Of a DNA stretch of 41,388 bases, positions 9,484 to 19,494 are shown in pieces. The number at the start of each line of letters is the position of its first letter. Positions within the stretch are counted from its first letter, which is position 1. Source of the stretch: Anaerolineae bacterium. GTDB taxonomy: Bacteria; Chloroflexota; Anaerolineae; JACIWR01. Below the pieces are notes generated by a model. The model saw nothing but the letters and a program-made list of their open reading frames with translations. It did not search any database and was not told where the DNA came from. The stretch lies in NCBI GenBank assembly GCA_021162125.1, contig JAGGZG010000348.1, positions 1 to 41,388 on the forward strand, given 5' to 3'. The position numbers and the translations under genes were made by a program.

Positions 9484-10431
9484 CTAGTCCTGCACATCCG
9501 TCGTTGTGAGGAAACCCTTGGCGGCCAGCTTCTCCCGCAGCTCGACCAGTGACTTAGCGCCGAAGTTGCGGATGGTCAGCATCTCATCATCGCCCTGTGC
9601 CAGCCTCTCCAGCACCTCGCCGACCTTGGTGATGCCCGTCCGCTTCAGACAGTTGTACACCCGCACGCTGAGATCCAGATCCTCGATAGGCGTGTCGTAG
9701 ATTCGCGCCGGGATACCCTCTTCGACCCCTTCTTCTTCCTCTACCAGCGGCATCTCCTCCACGCCGGCCACCAGCGAAAAGTGCTGAACCAGAATCCGCG
9801 ATGCCTCTCGCAAGGCTTCGAGAGGACGGATTGTACCGTCGGTCCAGATCTCTATGGTTAGCTGGTCGTAGTTGGTTATCTGCCCCACGCGAGTCCGCTC
9901 CACCACGTAATTAGCCTTGCGGATGGGACTGAAAATCGCATCTACCGGCAGTTCCCCAATGGGCAATCGGGCTCGCTCCCCTGCTGGGGAGTATCCCCGT
10001 CCCCTCTCCACCTGGAACTCAATCTCCAGGTCCACGTCGTCGGAATCGGCCGTCAGGAGGTGGAGGTCGGGATTGACGATCTCCACAGAGGACGGGGCAT
10101 CGATGTCACCAGCGGTGATATTGCCCTCACCGTGTACCTCCAGGCGCATACGGGCCGGTTCATCGGTATACATTTTCAGGCGCAGCCGCTTGACGTTGAG
10201 GATCAGCGCCATCATGTCCTCTTTAACCCCAGGAATGGGTGAGAACTCATGATACACGTCACTGACGCGGATGGACGTCACCGCCGCCCCTGGCAGCGAG
10301 GCCAGCAGTACCCGCCGTAGAGCGTTACCCAGAGTTATGCCATATCCGCTCTCCAGCGGACTGATGATAAAACGCCCATAATCCTGGGTAACAGCGTCAC
10401 ATTCAATTTTAGGCAAAACTATATTGGACAA
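9484..10431 (-). CDS. rpoA: DNA-directed RNA polymerase subunit alpha
   Basis: 315 aa with an N-terminal dimerisation domain (GYGITLGNALRRVLLSS-like). The C-terminal domain has VRVYNCLKRTGITKVGEV. Apparent TTG start at 10431. Confidence 0.95.
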   Translation of the reverse strand: MSNIVLPKIECDAVTQDYGRFIISPLESGYGITLGNALRRVLLASLPGAAVTSIRVSDVYHEFSPIPGVKEDMMALILNVKRLRLKMYTDEPARMRLEVHGEGNITAGDIDAPSSVEIVNPDLHLLTADSDDVDLEIEFQVERGRGYSPAGERARLPIGELPVDAIFSPIRKANYVVERTRVGQITNYDQLTIEIWTDGTIRPLEALREASRILVQHFSLVAGVEEMPLVEEEEGVEEGIPARIYDTPIEDLDLSVRVYNCLKRTGITKVGEVLERLAQGDDEMLTIRNFGAKSLVELREKLAAKGFLTTTDVQD

Positions 10432-10614
10432 AGGTCACCCTCCCTCCTCTGAGGTCCAGCGGACAGAGATTTAAGGGGAATCGTCCCCGGTGCAGTCTCA
10501 CAAACTCCGAACCCCAGGCATTCGACCGTCCTCTGGCCCTTCACTCCTCCGACAGGCCCAGGGCTTATCAGTAACCGCTCTCCTATTCCTGAGCCCGCCG
10601 AGAGATGTCGAAGG

Positions 10615-11253
10615 CTAGCGGCTATAGTACTCCACGATCAAGTGCTCGTTTATCGAGGGGGCAATCTCCTCCCGTGTGGGCAGATTCAGCACACGCCCGA
10701 GCAGATTGGTGGTGTCGAGGCTCAACCAGTTCGGCACGTCCTTCTCGTCCAACACCTTCGCCAAATCTTTGAAGTACTTGAGCTGTCGGCTCTGCGGCCG
10801 CACCGAGATCTCGTCACCCGGCTTGAGTAGCATGGACGGGATGGTAGCCCGCCGACCGTTAAGGTAAAAATGCCCGTGCTGCACGAGCTGCCGGGCCTGT
10901 GCCCGGGAGCTGGCGAATCCCAGCCGGTAGACCACGTTATCCAGCCGGCTCTCCAGAATGATTAACAGATTCTCCCCGGTCAACCCTTTACGTCGCAGGG
11001 CTTCCTTGTAATAGCGTCGAAATTGTCGTTCCAGCACACCGTATATGCGGCGCACTTTCTGCTTCTCCCGAAGCTGTAGCGAATACTCTGAGGCGCGTCC
11101 ACGCCGAAACTGGCTCTCGCGCCCATGCATTCCGGGGGGATAAGCCCGCCGCTCCAGCGCACACTTCGCGCTCAGGCATCGCTCTCCTTTGAGAAACAGC
11201 TTCTCGCCTTCTCGCCGACACAGTTTACAAACTGGACCCAGATACCTTGCCAT
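10615..11253 (-). CDS. rpsD: 30S ribosomal protein S4 (zinc-finger type)
   Basis: [32 protein letters not shown]-terminus. ATG 11253 has AGGAGG upstream. The ORF extension to 11298 is rejected. Confidence 0.95.
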   Translation of the reverse strand: MARYLGPVCKLCRREGEKLFLKGERCLSAKCALERRAYPPGMHGRESQFRRGRASEYSLQLREKQKVRRIYGVLERQFRRYYKEALRRKGLTGENLLIILESRLDNVVYRLGFASSRAQARQLVQHGHFYLNGRRATIPSMLLKPGDEISVRPQSRQLKYFKDLAKVLDEKDVPNWLSLDTTNLLGRVLNLPTREEIAPSINEHLIVEYYSR

Positions 11254-11347
11254 TGCACCTCCTGATTTCAGTGAGGGGGACAGCGCACCATCGGGCACAA
11301 CCCGTGTTAGACACGGCCCGGCCCTGATAATGGCCCAACCCCCCGCA

Positions 11348-11749
11348 CTAGACCCTTCGTTTCTTGGGCGGACGGCACCCGTTGTGAGGAATGGGAGTCA
11401 CGTCGGTGATGGAGCGTATCTTCAGACCCGCCGCCTGCAAAGCACGGATAGCCGCCTCGCGGCCAGGGCCCGGCCCCTTGACAAAGACGTCCACCTCTCG
11501 CATTCCATTATCCATCGCCGTTTTAGCCGCCTGCTGAGCTGCCATGCGCGCCGCGTAAGGAGTGCTCTTGCGTGACCCCTTGAAACCAACCGTCCCGGCG
11601 CTGCCCCAGGTGATCACGTTGCCCTGCGGATCAGTCATCGTGACGATAGTGTTGTTGAACGTCGAATGAATGTGAGCGTGACCATACGGCACATTGCGCT
11701 TCTGTCGTCGGCCCCCCGATCTCCTGCTCCGCCTTGCTGGTCGTCCCAT
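11348..11749 (-). CDS. rpsK: 30S ribosomal protein S11
   Basis: 133 aa with [18 protein letters not shown] and [20 protein letters not shown] signatures. GGAGG RBS. Confidence 0.97.
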   Translation of the reverse strand: MGRPARRSRRSGGRRQKRNVPYGHAHIHSTFNNTIVTMTDPQGNVITWGSAGTVGFKGSRKSTPYAARMAAQQAAKTAMDNGMREVDVFVKGPGPGREAAIRALQAAGLKIRSITDVTPIPHNGCRPPKKRRV

Positions 11750-11860
11750 ACTTTTCCTCCGGTCTCTTTACCAGGCCCTTCCTGAATCTGCCCCTGGGGT
11801 AACTGCTCAGGCTACTTCTGTTAGCGATTGAAATCGCCTCTAGAGGGCCTGCAGCCAAGC

Positions 11861-11898
11861 GTCCACCTGCGTGGACGCGCCTGTCCACGCAGGTGGAC
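11861..11898. repeat. Perfect 16-bp inverted repeat (double palindrome) inside the rpsM-rpsK spacer
   Basis: GTCCACCTGCGTGGAC (11861-11876), then GCGCCT, then GTCCACGCAGGTGGAC (11883-11898). Each arm is itself a GTCCAC/GTGGAC hairpin. Confidence 0.8.
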
Positions 11899-12069
11899 AG
11901 CCAGCTTTAGCTCCTCAGGCGCGGTTTCAACCGCTGGCCTGAGTAGTAACAGCCCGGCACAAGATTTGCACCAGGCGGCACCAAACCTATATCGAAACCC
12001 CGCAGATCTCGAAAGGCGTCCAGTAGTCAATCCTCCAACCACAATCGCTTTTATTGAGCCACAAGCTCA

Positions 12070-12459
12070 CTACTTCTTCTTCATCCCTCGACGCCGGCCA
12101 CGACCAGGCACTGTCTTCTTGGGACCGCGCTTGGTACGCGCATTAGTCCGCGTCCGCTGCCCACGCACCGGCAGGTTCATCCGATGCCGCAGCCCGCGAT
12201 AACAGCCAATCTCCATCAGGCGTTTGATGTTCATCTGCACCTCACGGCGCAGGTCACCCTCTACCCGATAGTTGCGGCTGATGATCTCTCGCAGCCGGCT
12301 GACCTCGGCCTCTGCCAGGTCCTTCACCCGTGTACTGGGATCAACGCCTGCCGTTTTCAGAATCTCCTGGCTGGTAGACCGGCCAATGCCGTAGATGTAC
12401 GTCAGAGCAATATCCACCCGCTTGTTGCGAGGCAAATCCACGCCCGCGATTCGCGCCAT
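12070..12459 (-). CDS. rpsM: 30S ribosomal protein S13
   Basis: [31 protein letters not shown]-terminus. 129 aa. Confidence 0.97.
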   Translation of the reverse strand: MARIAGVDLPRNKRVDIALTYIYGIGRSTSQEILKTAGVDPSTRVKDLAEAEVSRLREIISRNYRVEGDLRREVQMNIKRLMEIGCYRGLRHRMNLPVRGQRTRTNARTKRGPKKTVPGRGRRRGMKKK

Positions 12460-12514
12460 TTAATCCCTCCTCGCCATCCTTCCACATTTCCATCCCGACC
12501 GCAGCCGGGGGCTA

Positions 12515-12628
12515 TTACCCCTGTCGCTGCTTGTGCTTGGGATTTTCGCAGATGACCCGCACGACGCCACGCCGGCGGATAATCTTACACTTAGGACACC
12601 GTCGCTTAACTGAAGATGAGACCTTCAT
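12515..12628 (-). CDS. rpmJ: 50S ribosomal protein L36 (zinc-binding form)
   Basis: Not in the ORF track because it is under 60 aa. Hand translation of the minus strand gives [45 protein letters not shown] upstream. Confidence 0.93.
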   Translation of the reverse strand: MKVSSSVKRRCPKCKIIRRRGVVRVICENPKHKQRQG

Positions 12629-12664
12629 CACACAAACCTCCATATGCTACGTATTACGAATTAC

Positions 12665-13411
12665 TTACAGCCGGGTGAGAATCTCCGGCTCGTCATCTGT
12701 GACGGCAATGGTGTGCTCGAAATGCGCCGAGAGTTGGCCATCCAGAGTTACCACTGTCCACCCATTGTCCAACACGCGGGTGCGCCACGTGCCCATGGTC
12801 ACCATAGGCTCCAGGGCAAAGGTCATGCCCGGCCTGAGGAGCGCTCCCCGCCCCGGCTCACCAAAATTAGGAATCTGCGGGTCCTCGTGCATCTTTCGCC
12901 CGATGCCGTGTCCGGTGTACTCACGAACCACGGAAAACCCGCGCGACTCGGCGTAATTCTGAATGGCCGCCGATACATCTCCCATGTGTTGGCCGGCCCG
13001 GCACTGGGCGATTCCTGCCTCCAACGCGCCAGCCGTCACCTCCAGCAGACGGCGAGCCGCCGGGGACACCTCCCCCACTGCCACCGTAATGGCCGCGTCT
13101 CCCTGGAAGCCCTTGTAAATCGTCCCCACGTCCATGCTGACCAGGTCGCCTTCGTTAATCACCCGCGAGCCGGGAATGCCGTGTACCACTTCCTCGTTGA
13201 CGGACACACACAACGCTGCCGGGTAACCCCGATAACCTTTGAACGAAGGCACCGCCCCATGCTTAAGGATCGTCTCCTCGGCCAGGGCGTTCAATTCCTC
13301 AGTAGTCACACCGGGCGCGATTTTCTCCCGCAAAAGAGCCAAAACCACAGCGACGATACGACCAGCCTCGCGCATACGCGCCAGTTCAGACGGTGATTTC
13401 AATGTAATCAT
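12665..13411 (-). CDS. map: Type I methionine aminopeptidase
   Basis: 248 aa with metal ligand context (VHGIP, DVGTIYKGFQGD, GHGIG, EPMV, EHT). Confidence 0.95.
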   Translation of the reverse strand: MITLKSPSELARMREAGRIVAVVLALLREKIAPGVTTEELNALAEETILKHGAVPSFKGYRGYPAALCVSVNEEVVHGIPGSRVINEGDLVSMDVGTIYKGFQGDAAITVAVGEVSPAARRLLEVTAGALEAGIAQCRAGQHMGDVSAAIQNYAESRGFSVVREYTGHGIGRKMHEDPQIPNFGEPGRGALLRPGMTFALEPMVTMGTWRTRVLDNGWTVVTLDGQLSAHFEHTIAVTDDEPEILTRL

Positions 13412-13437
13412 CAGTACCCAATGAACCTTTTCATCAA

Positions 13438-14118
13438 CTAGCAGTCAGCCTGTTGGATGGCCGCCAACAGATCAGCTCGCACCTGCTCAACGGATTGTTC
13501 TCCATCAATCTCCACCAACAGCCCCTGCCTCCGATAGTACTCGATCAACGGCGTGGTCTGTTGGAAGTACACCTCGATGCGACGACGCTGGGTCTCCGGC
13601 GTATCATCCGCCCGCTGGTAAAGTTCGCCGCCACACACGTCGCACCGCCCGGCAACCTTCGGCGGGCTAAACAGTTCGTGATAGATCGCCTCGCACTGGC
13701 GACACGTCCAGCGCCCGGCCAGACGCGCCAGCAGCACTTCGTCCGACACTTTTATGTAGGGCACGATCCCCACTCGCTGTCCTTTCTCGGCCAGGATCGC
13801 CTCCAGGGCCTGCGCTTGAGCGATGGTGCGCGGGAATCCGTCCAGGATGGCCCCACCGGCACAATCGGGTTGCGCCAGCCGCTCCTTGACCATGGCGATG
13901 GTCACCTCATCGGGGACCAGTTCTCCCCTGTCCATGTACGCGCGAGCCAGGCGTCCCAGTTCAGTCTCATTGCGCAAGTTCTCGCGAAAGAGATCCCCGG
14001 AGGATATGTGCGGGATACCCAGCCTCTCCTCTAAGTAAGCTGCCTGCGTTCCCTTGCCCGCACCGGGCGCTCCCAGAAGGACGATGAACTTGGGTTTTGC
14101 CCGCTCCTCGTTTCCCAT
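13438..14118 (-). CDS. adk: Adenylate kinase (zinc-lid form)
   Basis: P-loop LLGAPGAGKGTQ. The lid has CRQC...CDVCGG. Start set at ATG 14118 (MGNEERAKPKFIVLLG). The ORF extension to 14199 overlaps secY. Confidence 0.94.
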   Translation of the reverse strand: MGNEERAKPKFIVLLGAPGAGKGTQAAYLEERLGIPHISSGDLFRENLRNETELGRLARAYMDRGELVPDEVTIAMVKERLAQPDCAGGAILDGFPRTIAQAQALEAILAEKGQRVGIVPYIKVSDEVLLARLAGRWTCRQCEAIYHELFSPPKVAGRCDVCGGELYQRADDTPETQRRRIEVYFQQTTPLIEYYRRQGLLVEIDGEQSVEQVRADLLAAIQQADC

Positions 14119-14152
14119 GCCTGCTCCCCTGTTGGAATGGCTGTGCCGTGGA

Positions 14153-15448
14153 TTACTTGATGAATCCCTCGTAGTGACGCATGACGAGCTGGGCCTCAAG
14201 CTGGCGTAGCGTATCCAACACCACGCCGACCACGATCAGCAGACCCGAACTGGTGATGAGCATAGTTGACGTCTCAGTCACACCCTTTACCAGCCAGGGC
14301 AAGATGGCCACCGCACCCAGGAATACAGCGCCTACCAGGGTGATTCGCCGCAGCACCCCATTGAGATAATCCTCCGTGCGCTTGCCCGGTCGTTTGCCAG
14401 GGATGAACCCTCCCTGCCGCTTCAGGTTCCCGGCCAGGTCCTGCTGCTGGAAGATGACGTCCGTGTAGAAATACGTGAAACCAACGACCATGAAGAAGTA
14501 CATGATCCAGTAGACAGTGCTCTGGGTGTTAAACAAGTTGTAAACAGACGTGGCCGCGGTCTTTATCCAGGGAACCCCGGAAGAGAGAAAGTAAGAGGCG
14601 ATGACGCCGGGAAACATCATAATTGATTGGGCAAAGATCAGCGGGATCATCCCTGCTGAGTTCACCCGCAACGGAATGTGCGTGCTCTGCCCACCGGCGA
14701 TGCGTAACCGATTGCCACGCATGGCCAGCACCCGCTTGCCATACTGCACCGGAATACGGCGCTGTCCCTCCTGCACCACGACGATGACCAGCACCGTTAT
14801 CGCGGTGATGATCAGAAAAACGATCAAACCCCGCAGGTCCGTGGTAATCAACGCCCCCACTCGCTGCGGGATACGGGCCACGATCCCGCCGAGGATGATG
14901 ATCGAGAGTCCCTGACCAATACCCTGCTCCGTGATCAACTCGCCCAACCAGATAGCGAACATCGTGCCCGCTGTCATGGTTATAATCGTCGTCGCCGTGG
15001 GCAGCAATGCTGACCCCGACAGACCGAAGTTGGTAGCCACTCCCTGCGCCTGCATCTGCATACCCAGGCCGAAAGCTGAAAGGGCACACAGAGGAATGGT
15101 CAGGAAATAAGTGTACTGATTGAGCTTGTTCCGTCCGGCCTCTCCCTCTTTGGCCAGATTTTCGAGCGCGGGGATGATTGGCTGCAAAAGCTGCATGACG
15201 ATGGTTGCCGTGATGTAAGGATACACTCCCATGGCCATCACCGAGAAGCTAGACATCGCCCCACCGGAAAACATATCCAACAGGCTAAGCAGTTGGTTTT
15301 TGGCAAACACATCGGCCAGGAGTTCAGTCTTGATATTCGGTAGCGGCACGTGCGCAGCCAGACGGTAAATGATCAGGATCAAGAAAGTGACCAGTATCCT
15401 CCGTCGTAGATCCGGCAATCTGAACGCATTGCGCAACGCTTGTATCAT
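14153..15448 (-). CDS. secY: Preprotein translocase subunit SecY
   Basis: MIQALRNAFRLPDLRRRILVTF N-terminus, 10 TM profile, GGAGGG RBS before ATG 15448. Confidence 0.95.
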   Translation of the reverse strand: MIQALRNAFRLPDLRRRILVTFLILIIYRLAAHVPLPNIKTELLADVFAKNQLLSLLDMFSGGAMSSFSVMAMGVYPYITATIVMQLLQPIIPALENLAKEGEAGRNKLNQYTYFLTIPLCALSAFGLGMQMQAQGVATNFGLSGSALLPTATTIITMTAGTMFAIWLGELITEQGIGQGLSIIILGGIVARIPQRVGALITTDLRGLIVFLIITAITVLVIVVVQEGQRRIPVQYGKRVLAMRGNRLRIAGGQSTHIPLRVNSAGMIPLIFAQSIMMFPGVIASYFLSSGVPWIKTAATSVYNLFNTQSTVYWIMYFFMVVGFTYFYTDVIFQQQDLAGNLKRQGGFIPGKRPGKRTEDYLNGVLRRITLVGAVFLGAVAILPWLVKGVTETSTMLITSSGLLIVVGVVLDTLRQLEAQLVMRHYEGFIK

Positions 15449-15550
15449 CCCCACCCTCCAACTACGAACGAACGATGAACGGGCCGCAGACTGCATGGCA
15501 GACGTCCATGCCCACCCAGGACGTTGGGGCGGCGGACAAGGATATCCAAC

Positions 15551-16033
15551 CTACCCACCTTTTTTCACCCGCACCCATTTTTCCCTGAGAGGCAGATCCT
15601 CAGCCACGCCTCCGGCGGCTTCGATCTTAGCTCGCGCGCTGGCCGAGAAGCGATGGGCCTTAACCGTGAGGGGACGATCCAGCTCACCCTGGCCCAGGAT
15701 GACCACCATCTCGTCGGCGCGTTTGATGATCCCTGCCTCCGCCAAAGTCCTGGGGGAAACCTCCGCCCCAGCCGCGAAACCGTCCAGGCGGTCCAGGTTG
15801 ACGGGTGTGTATACCACTTTCCAGATATTAGTGAACCCACGCTTGTAGGGCAGGCGACGGACCAATGGCAACTGCCCACCTTCGAAGTAAGGACCTTTGC
15901 CGCCACCAGCACGGGCTCCCTGTCCCTTGGTTCCCCGCCCAGCCGTCTTACCCTGGCCGGCCGATATACCACGACCCTTGCGCTTGCGTTTCTTTCTCGC
16001 CCCCTCGGGGGGACGCAATTCGTGCAACTTCAT
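15551..16033 (-). CDS. rplO: 50S ribosomal protein L15
   Basis: [35 protein letters not shown]-terminus. Start ATG 16033. Confidence 0.95.
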   Translation of the reverse strand: MKLHELRPPEGARKKRKRKGRGISAGQGKTAGRGTKGQGARAGGGKGPYFEGGQLPLVRRLPYKRGFTNIWKVVYTPVNLDRLDGFAAGAEVSPRTLAEAGIIKRADEMVVILGQGELDRPLTVKAHRFSASARAKIEAAGGVAEDLPLREKWVRVKKGG

Positions 16034-16105
16034 AGTAATATCCTCTTCACGCCTGTGCAATGTCCAGCGCCGCCTCTTCAGGGCGGCGCAATCCGTCACC
16101 CGGCC

Positions 16106-16321
16106 CTAGGCAACTTCCTCAACCGTAACCAGATGCCGCACTTTATGCACCATCCCACGAATAACCGGCGTATCTGCCTGCTCCACCACGTCGCCCAGGT
16201 GACGCAGGCCCAGAGCGCGGATGGTGGCCTTTTGCCGAGTAGAATATCCGATGCTACTCTTCACGTAAGTGATGCGCAGCTTCTTTTCTGGCTGCCCCCC
16301 TGCGACTTTCGACTCAGACAT
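16106..16321 (-). CDS. rpmD: 50S ribosomal protein L30
   Basis: [30 protein letters not shown] signature. ATG 16321 overlaps the rpsE stop (ATGTCTGA) and has GGAG 8 nt upstream. GTG 16327 is an alternative start. Confidence 0.9.
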   Translation of the reverse strand: MSESKVAGGQPEKKLRITYVKSSIGYSTRQKATIRALGLRHLGDVVEQADTPVIRGMVHKVRHLVTVEEVA

Positions 16322-16838
16322 TGCCACGACTCCAATAAGGACTAACCTCGCGGACGGGCTTACCTCGCAGGCGAGCTTCTTCTTTCACGTCCTTGAGCTG
16401 TTCCAAACCGCGCATCGCGGCCCGCACCATGTTGAGAATGTTGGAACTTCCCAGGGACTTGGTTAGGATGTCTTTAATGCCCGCCGCTTCGATCACAGCC
16501 CGCACTCCACCGCCGGCGATCACTCCAGTACCCGGCGAGGCTGGTTTGAGCAACACTTTGGCTCCGCCAAAGGTAGCCACCACCTCGTGAGGGATGGTGG
16601 TTCCTACCATAGCGATGGGCCGCATGTTTCGTCGGGCGCGCTCGGCACCCTTGCGGATAGCATCCGGCACACTGCGTGCCTTGCCCACACCAACGCCCAC
16701 CTTGCCCTGGTGATCGCCCACCACTACCACAGCGCGGAATCCGAAACGCCGGCCACCCTTGACCACCTTTGCCACACGGGTGATGTGTACCACTCGCTCA
16801 TCCAGTTCCTCGCGTTCTTCGAATTCTCTCCTCGCCAT
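16314..16838 (-). CDS. rpsE: 30S ribosomal protein S5
   Basis: 174 aa with [24 protein letters not shown] and [13 protein letters not shown] motifs. Confidence 0.97.
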   Translation of the reverse strand: MARREFEEREELDERVVHITRVAKVVKGGRRFGFRAVVVVGDHQGKVGVGVGKARSVPDAIRKGAERARRNMRPIAMVGTTIPHEVVATFGGAKVLLKPASPGTGVIAGGGVRAVIEAAGIKDILTKSLGSSNILNMVRAAMRGLEQLKDVKEEARLRGKPVREVSPYWSRGNV

Positions 16839-16995
16839 TCATCCTCCTAAATTGCCTGGTAAGCCTGTAGCTCGTGTCCGACAATCCCAATCCGGGAGCA
16901 AGCCTCGTCGTGGACATTCGGCTGAGCCTATCGAATCATCCAGCCGAGGACTCAGCCAAATAACGTGGCTGCCTGCTCCTCATGGGCTAAACCGG

Positions 16996-17361
16996 CTAAA
17001 ACTCCAACCCGCCCTCACGGGACCCATCGGCCAGAGCTTTCACCCGGCCATGATATAGATACCCACCACGATCGAACACCACCTGCCGGACACCACGAGC
17101 CAGCGCTCGCTGAGCCAACACCTGCCCGACCAACTTGGCCTGCTCTGTCTTGCTCAGGCCTTGAATCCTTTCCCTCAACTCAGGATCTAAGGTAGAAGCA
17201 GAAACCAGAGTGTGACCCTGGCCATCGTCTATAATCTGGGCGTAGATGTGCTTCAGGCTGCGGAATACATTCAACCGTGGACGTTCACTCGTGCCCTTCA
17301 CTTTTTTCCGCACTCGCCGGTGCCGCCGTTGCCGTGCCAGTCTGCTTTTCCCACTCATCAC
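16996..17361 (-). CDS. rplR: 50S ribosomal protein L18
   Basis: 121 aa with [19 protein letters not shown] and [25 protein letters not shown]. Confidence 0.97.
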   Translation of the reverse strand: MMSGKSRLARQRRHRRVRKKVKGTSERPRLNVFRSLKHIYAQIIDDGQGHTLVSASTLDPELRERIQGLSKTEQAKLVGQVLAQRALARGVRQVVFDRGGYLYHGRVKALADGSREGGLEF

Positions 17362-17559
17362 GCTTTCCTTCCCTCAAAACCAGTCTACCAACCACATCAG
17401 CACACCGATGTGGGACTTTGTTTGGTAATTGCTCAAAACGTTGGTGGTAAAGAACTCCGAGGTTTCTTGATCAGATGTTTGGCCCGATCCGGTGTGTGCC
17501 GACCCGTGTGAATATTTTGTGAGAAAGATAACCCTCGGGGTTCTGACGAAGCCCCTCCG

Positions 17560-18108
17560 CTACATGCCGATCTTGCCCGCCTTACCAGGCTTGCGGCGGA
17601 CGTACTCGCCCTGATAGCGTATACCCTTGCCCTTGTATGGCTCCGGGGGGCGAACTCGCCGGATGCGGGCCGCCACCTCACCCACCAGTTCCTTGTCTAT
17701 CCCCTCCACGGTGATGAGCTTGGCGCGCTGTTCCACCTGGAAAGTGATGCCCGCTGGCGGTTCAAACTCCACTGGATGTGAGAAACCCACGTTCAATACC
17801 AGCTTGTTCCCCTGCAACTCCGCGCGGTATCCCACGCCCTCGATCTGCAACACCTTGCGGAAACCCTGGGTCACGCCCGTCACCATGTTCGCCAGAAGCG
17901 CGCGAGTCAATCCGTGGAGAGCACGGTGCTGCCGCTGATCGGTGGGTCGCGTGACCACCAGTTGATCACCTTGCAGAGTCACCGTCATGTCCGGGTGGAA
18001 CGTCCGCGCCAACTCACCCCGTGGACCACGTACTACCACCCGACTGCCCTCAATATTTACCTGCACCCCCTGGGGCACAGGAATAGGCATTCTGCCAATT
18101 CGCGACAC
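17560..18108 (-). CDS. rplF: 50S ribosomal protein L6
   Basis: MSRIGRMPIPVPQGVQVNIEG N-terminus. 182 aa. Confidence 0.97.
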   Translation of the reverse strand: MSRIGRMPIPVPQGVQVNIEGSRVVVRGPRGELARTFHPDMTVTLQGDQLVVTRPTDQRQHRALHGLTRALLANMVTGVTQGFRKVLQIEGVGYRAELQGNKLVLNVGFSHPVEFEPPAGITFQVEQRAKLITVEGIDKELVGEVAARIRRVRPPEPYKGKGIRYQGEYVRRKPGKAGKIGM

Positions 18109-18143
18109 TGGAAACCACCTCCCACCTGATTACTATCTACCGC

Positions 18144-18551
18144 TTACCAGACGTAACACAGCACCTCGCCGCCCACGTTCAGCCGGCGTGCCTTTTGACC
18201 GGTCATCACCCCCTTGGACGTGGACAGGATGGCAATCCCCATACCGCTCAACACCCAGGGGATGTGTTCCTTCTTCACGTAAACCCGACAGCCCGGCTTG
18301 CTAACCCGTTTCAGACCGGTGATCATTGGCCGTTTCTCCCGGCGCTCGCCCACGTATTTGAGCCAGATACGGATCATCGGCTGCGGGCGTTCGCGCGTCA
18401 CCGCGAAATCCTGGATGTAACCCTCGTCCTTCAGGATTTGGGCGATAGCCACTTTCATCTTGGAACTGGGCACGGCCACATAGCCATGTCCCGCCATCGA
18501 GGCGTTCCTTATGCGGGTCAGCATGTCAGCTATTGGATCGGTCATGCTCAT
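18144..18551 (-). CDS. rpsH: 30S ribosomal protein S8
   Basis: [18 protein letters not shown]-terminus. ATG 18551 lies 8 nt after AGGAG. Confidence 0.95.
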   Translation of the reverse strand: MSMTDPIADMLTRIRNASMAGHGYVAVPSSKMKVAIAQILKDEGYIQDFAVTRERPQPMIRIWLKYVGERREKRPMITGLKRVSKPGCRVYVKKEHIPWVLSGMGIAILSTSKGVMTGQKARRLNVGGEVLCYVW

Positions 18552-18648
18552 CAACCACTCTCCTCGTTTGGTTCATCACGGGTCGCCCGTGCGTTCGACC
18601 GAGCACTCACACCGAAGGCTCGCCAACGACGCACTGCGACGCGCGAGC

Positions 18649-18831
18649 CTACCAGCTCGACTTCACAACGCCGGGAATCTGTCCTGCCGAGGCTAACTCG
18701 CGGAAACAGATACGACACAGCTTGAAACGACGGATGTATCCGCGAGGGCGACCACATCGCTGACACCGATTGCGCACTCGCACCTTGTATTTCCGACGCT
18801 GTTCGCGGTACTGCATACACTTTCTAGCCAC
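18649..18831 (-). CDS. rpsZ: 30S ribosomal protein S14 type Z (zinc-binding short form)
   Basis: 60 aa with [20 protein letters not shown] containing two CxxC pairs and a KSSW C-terminus. Confidence 0.95.
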   Translation of the reverse strand: MARKCMQYREQRRKYKVRVRNRCQRCGRPRGYIRRFKLCRICFRELASAGQIPGVVKSSW

Positions 18832-18859
18832 GTTTCCTCCTTAAAAACCGTCCATCCCA

Positions 18860-18890
18860 CCCTCCCGCAGATTCGCAACCCGTGGGAGGG
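18860..18890. repeat. Copy 2 (degenerate) of the CCCTCCCGC.../...GGGAGGG hairpin family, inside the spc operon between rplE and rpsZ
   Basis: CCCTCCCGC (18860-18868) pairs with CGTGGGAGG-G (18881-18890), one G-U pair, with an approximately 12-nt loop. Confidence 0.55.
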
Positions 18891-18912
18891 TCATCAGAGT
18901 GCCTACCAACGT

Positions 18913-19455
18913 CTACCTTCTCCAAAACGGCATCCCCAGCAGAGATAACAACTCTCGTCCTTCTTCATCGGTCTTGGCAGTGGTCACAATGGTGATCTCC
19001 ATCCCGCGCACCTTGTCAATGGAGTCATAATCAATCTCTGGCCACACCAACTGCTCATCCAGACCCAGGGTATAGTTCCCCCGGCCGTCGAAGGAATCGG
19101 GCGAGATGCCGCGAAAGTCACGCTTCCGGGGGAGCGCCACGTTGCACAGGCGGTCGAAAAAATCCCACATGCGATTGCCCCGCAAGGTGACCTTTACCCC
19201 GATGGCCCGTCCTTCACGCAGCTTGAAGCCCGCAATGGACTTCCGCGCCCGGGTGACCACTGGCCGCTGACCGGTGATGGTGGCGATGTCCTGCACAGCG
19301 TGGTCCAGTGCTTTGGCATCCTGCAGCGCTTCCCCTAACCCTATATTGATCACAATCTTATCCAGGCGAGGGACTTCCATCACGTTGCGATAACCGAACG
19401 CATCCATCATCGCCGGCACAACCTGTTGTTTATATCGCTCTTTTAACCTCGGCAT
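18913..19455 (-). CDS. rplE: 50S ribosomal protein L5
   Basis: [44 protein letters not shown]-terminus. 180 aa. Confidence 0.97.
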   Translation of the reverse strand: MPRLKERYKQQVVPAMMDAFGYRNVMEVPRLDKIVINIGLGEALQDAKALDHAVQDIATITGQRPVVTRARKSIAGFKLREGRAIGVKVTLRGNRMWDFFDRLCNVALPRKRDFRGISPDSFDGRGNYTLGLDEQLVWPEIDYDSIDKVRGMEITIVTTAKTDEEGRELLSLLGMPFWRR

Positions 19456-19494
19456 CTTCTACTTCCCCTCCAATGGCGGGACGTTGGGCTGACC

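Noticed and set aside
12644-13396. 250-aa plus-strand ORF antisense to map
   Set aside because: Same reasoning: it mirrors a conserved methionine aminopeptidase gene, and the translation is Arg/His/Pro-rich.
15524-16345. 273-aa plus-strand ORF antisense to rplO/rpmD
   Set aside because: Overlaps two conserved r-protein genes on the opposite strand. No RBS, and the composition is not protein-like.
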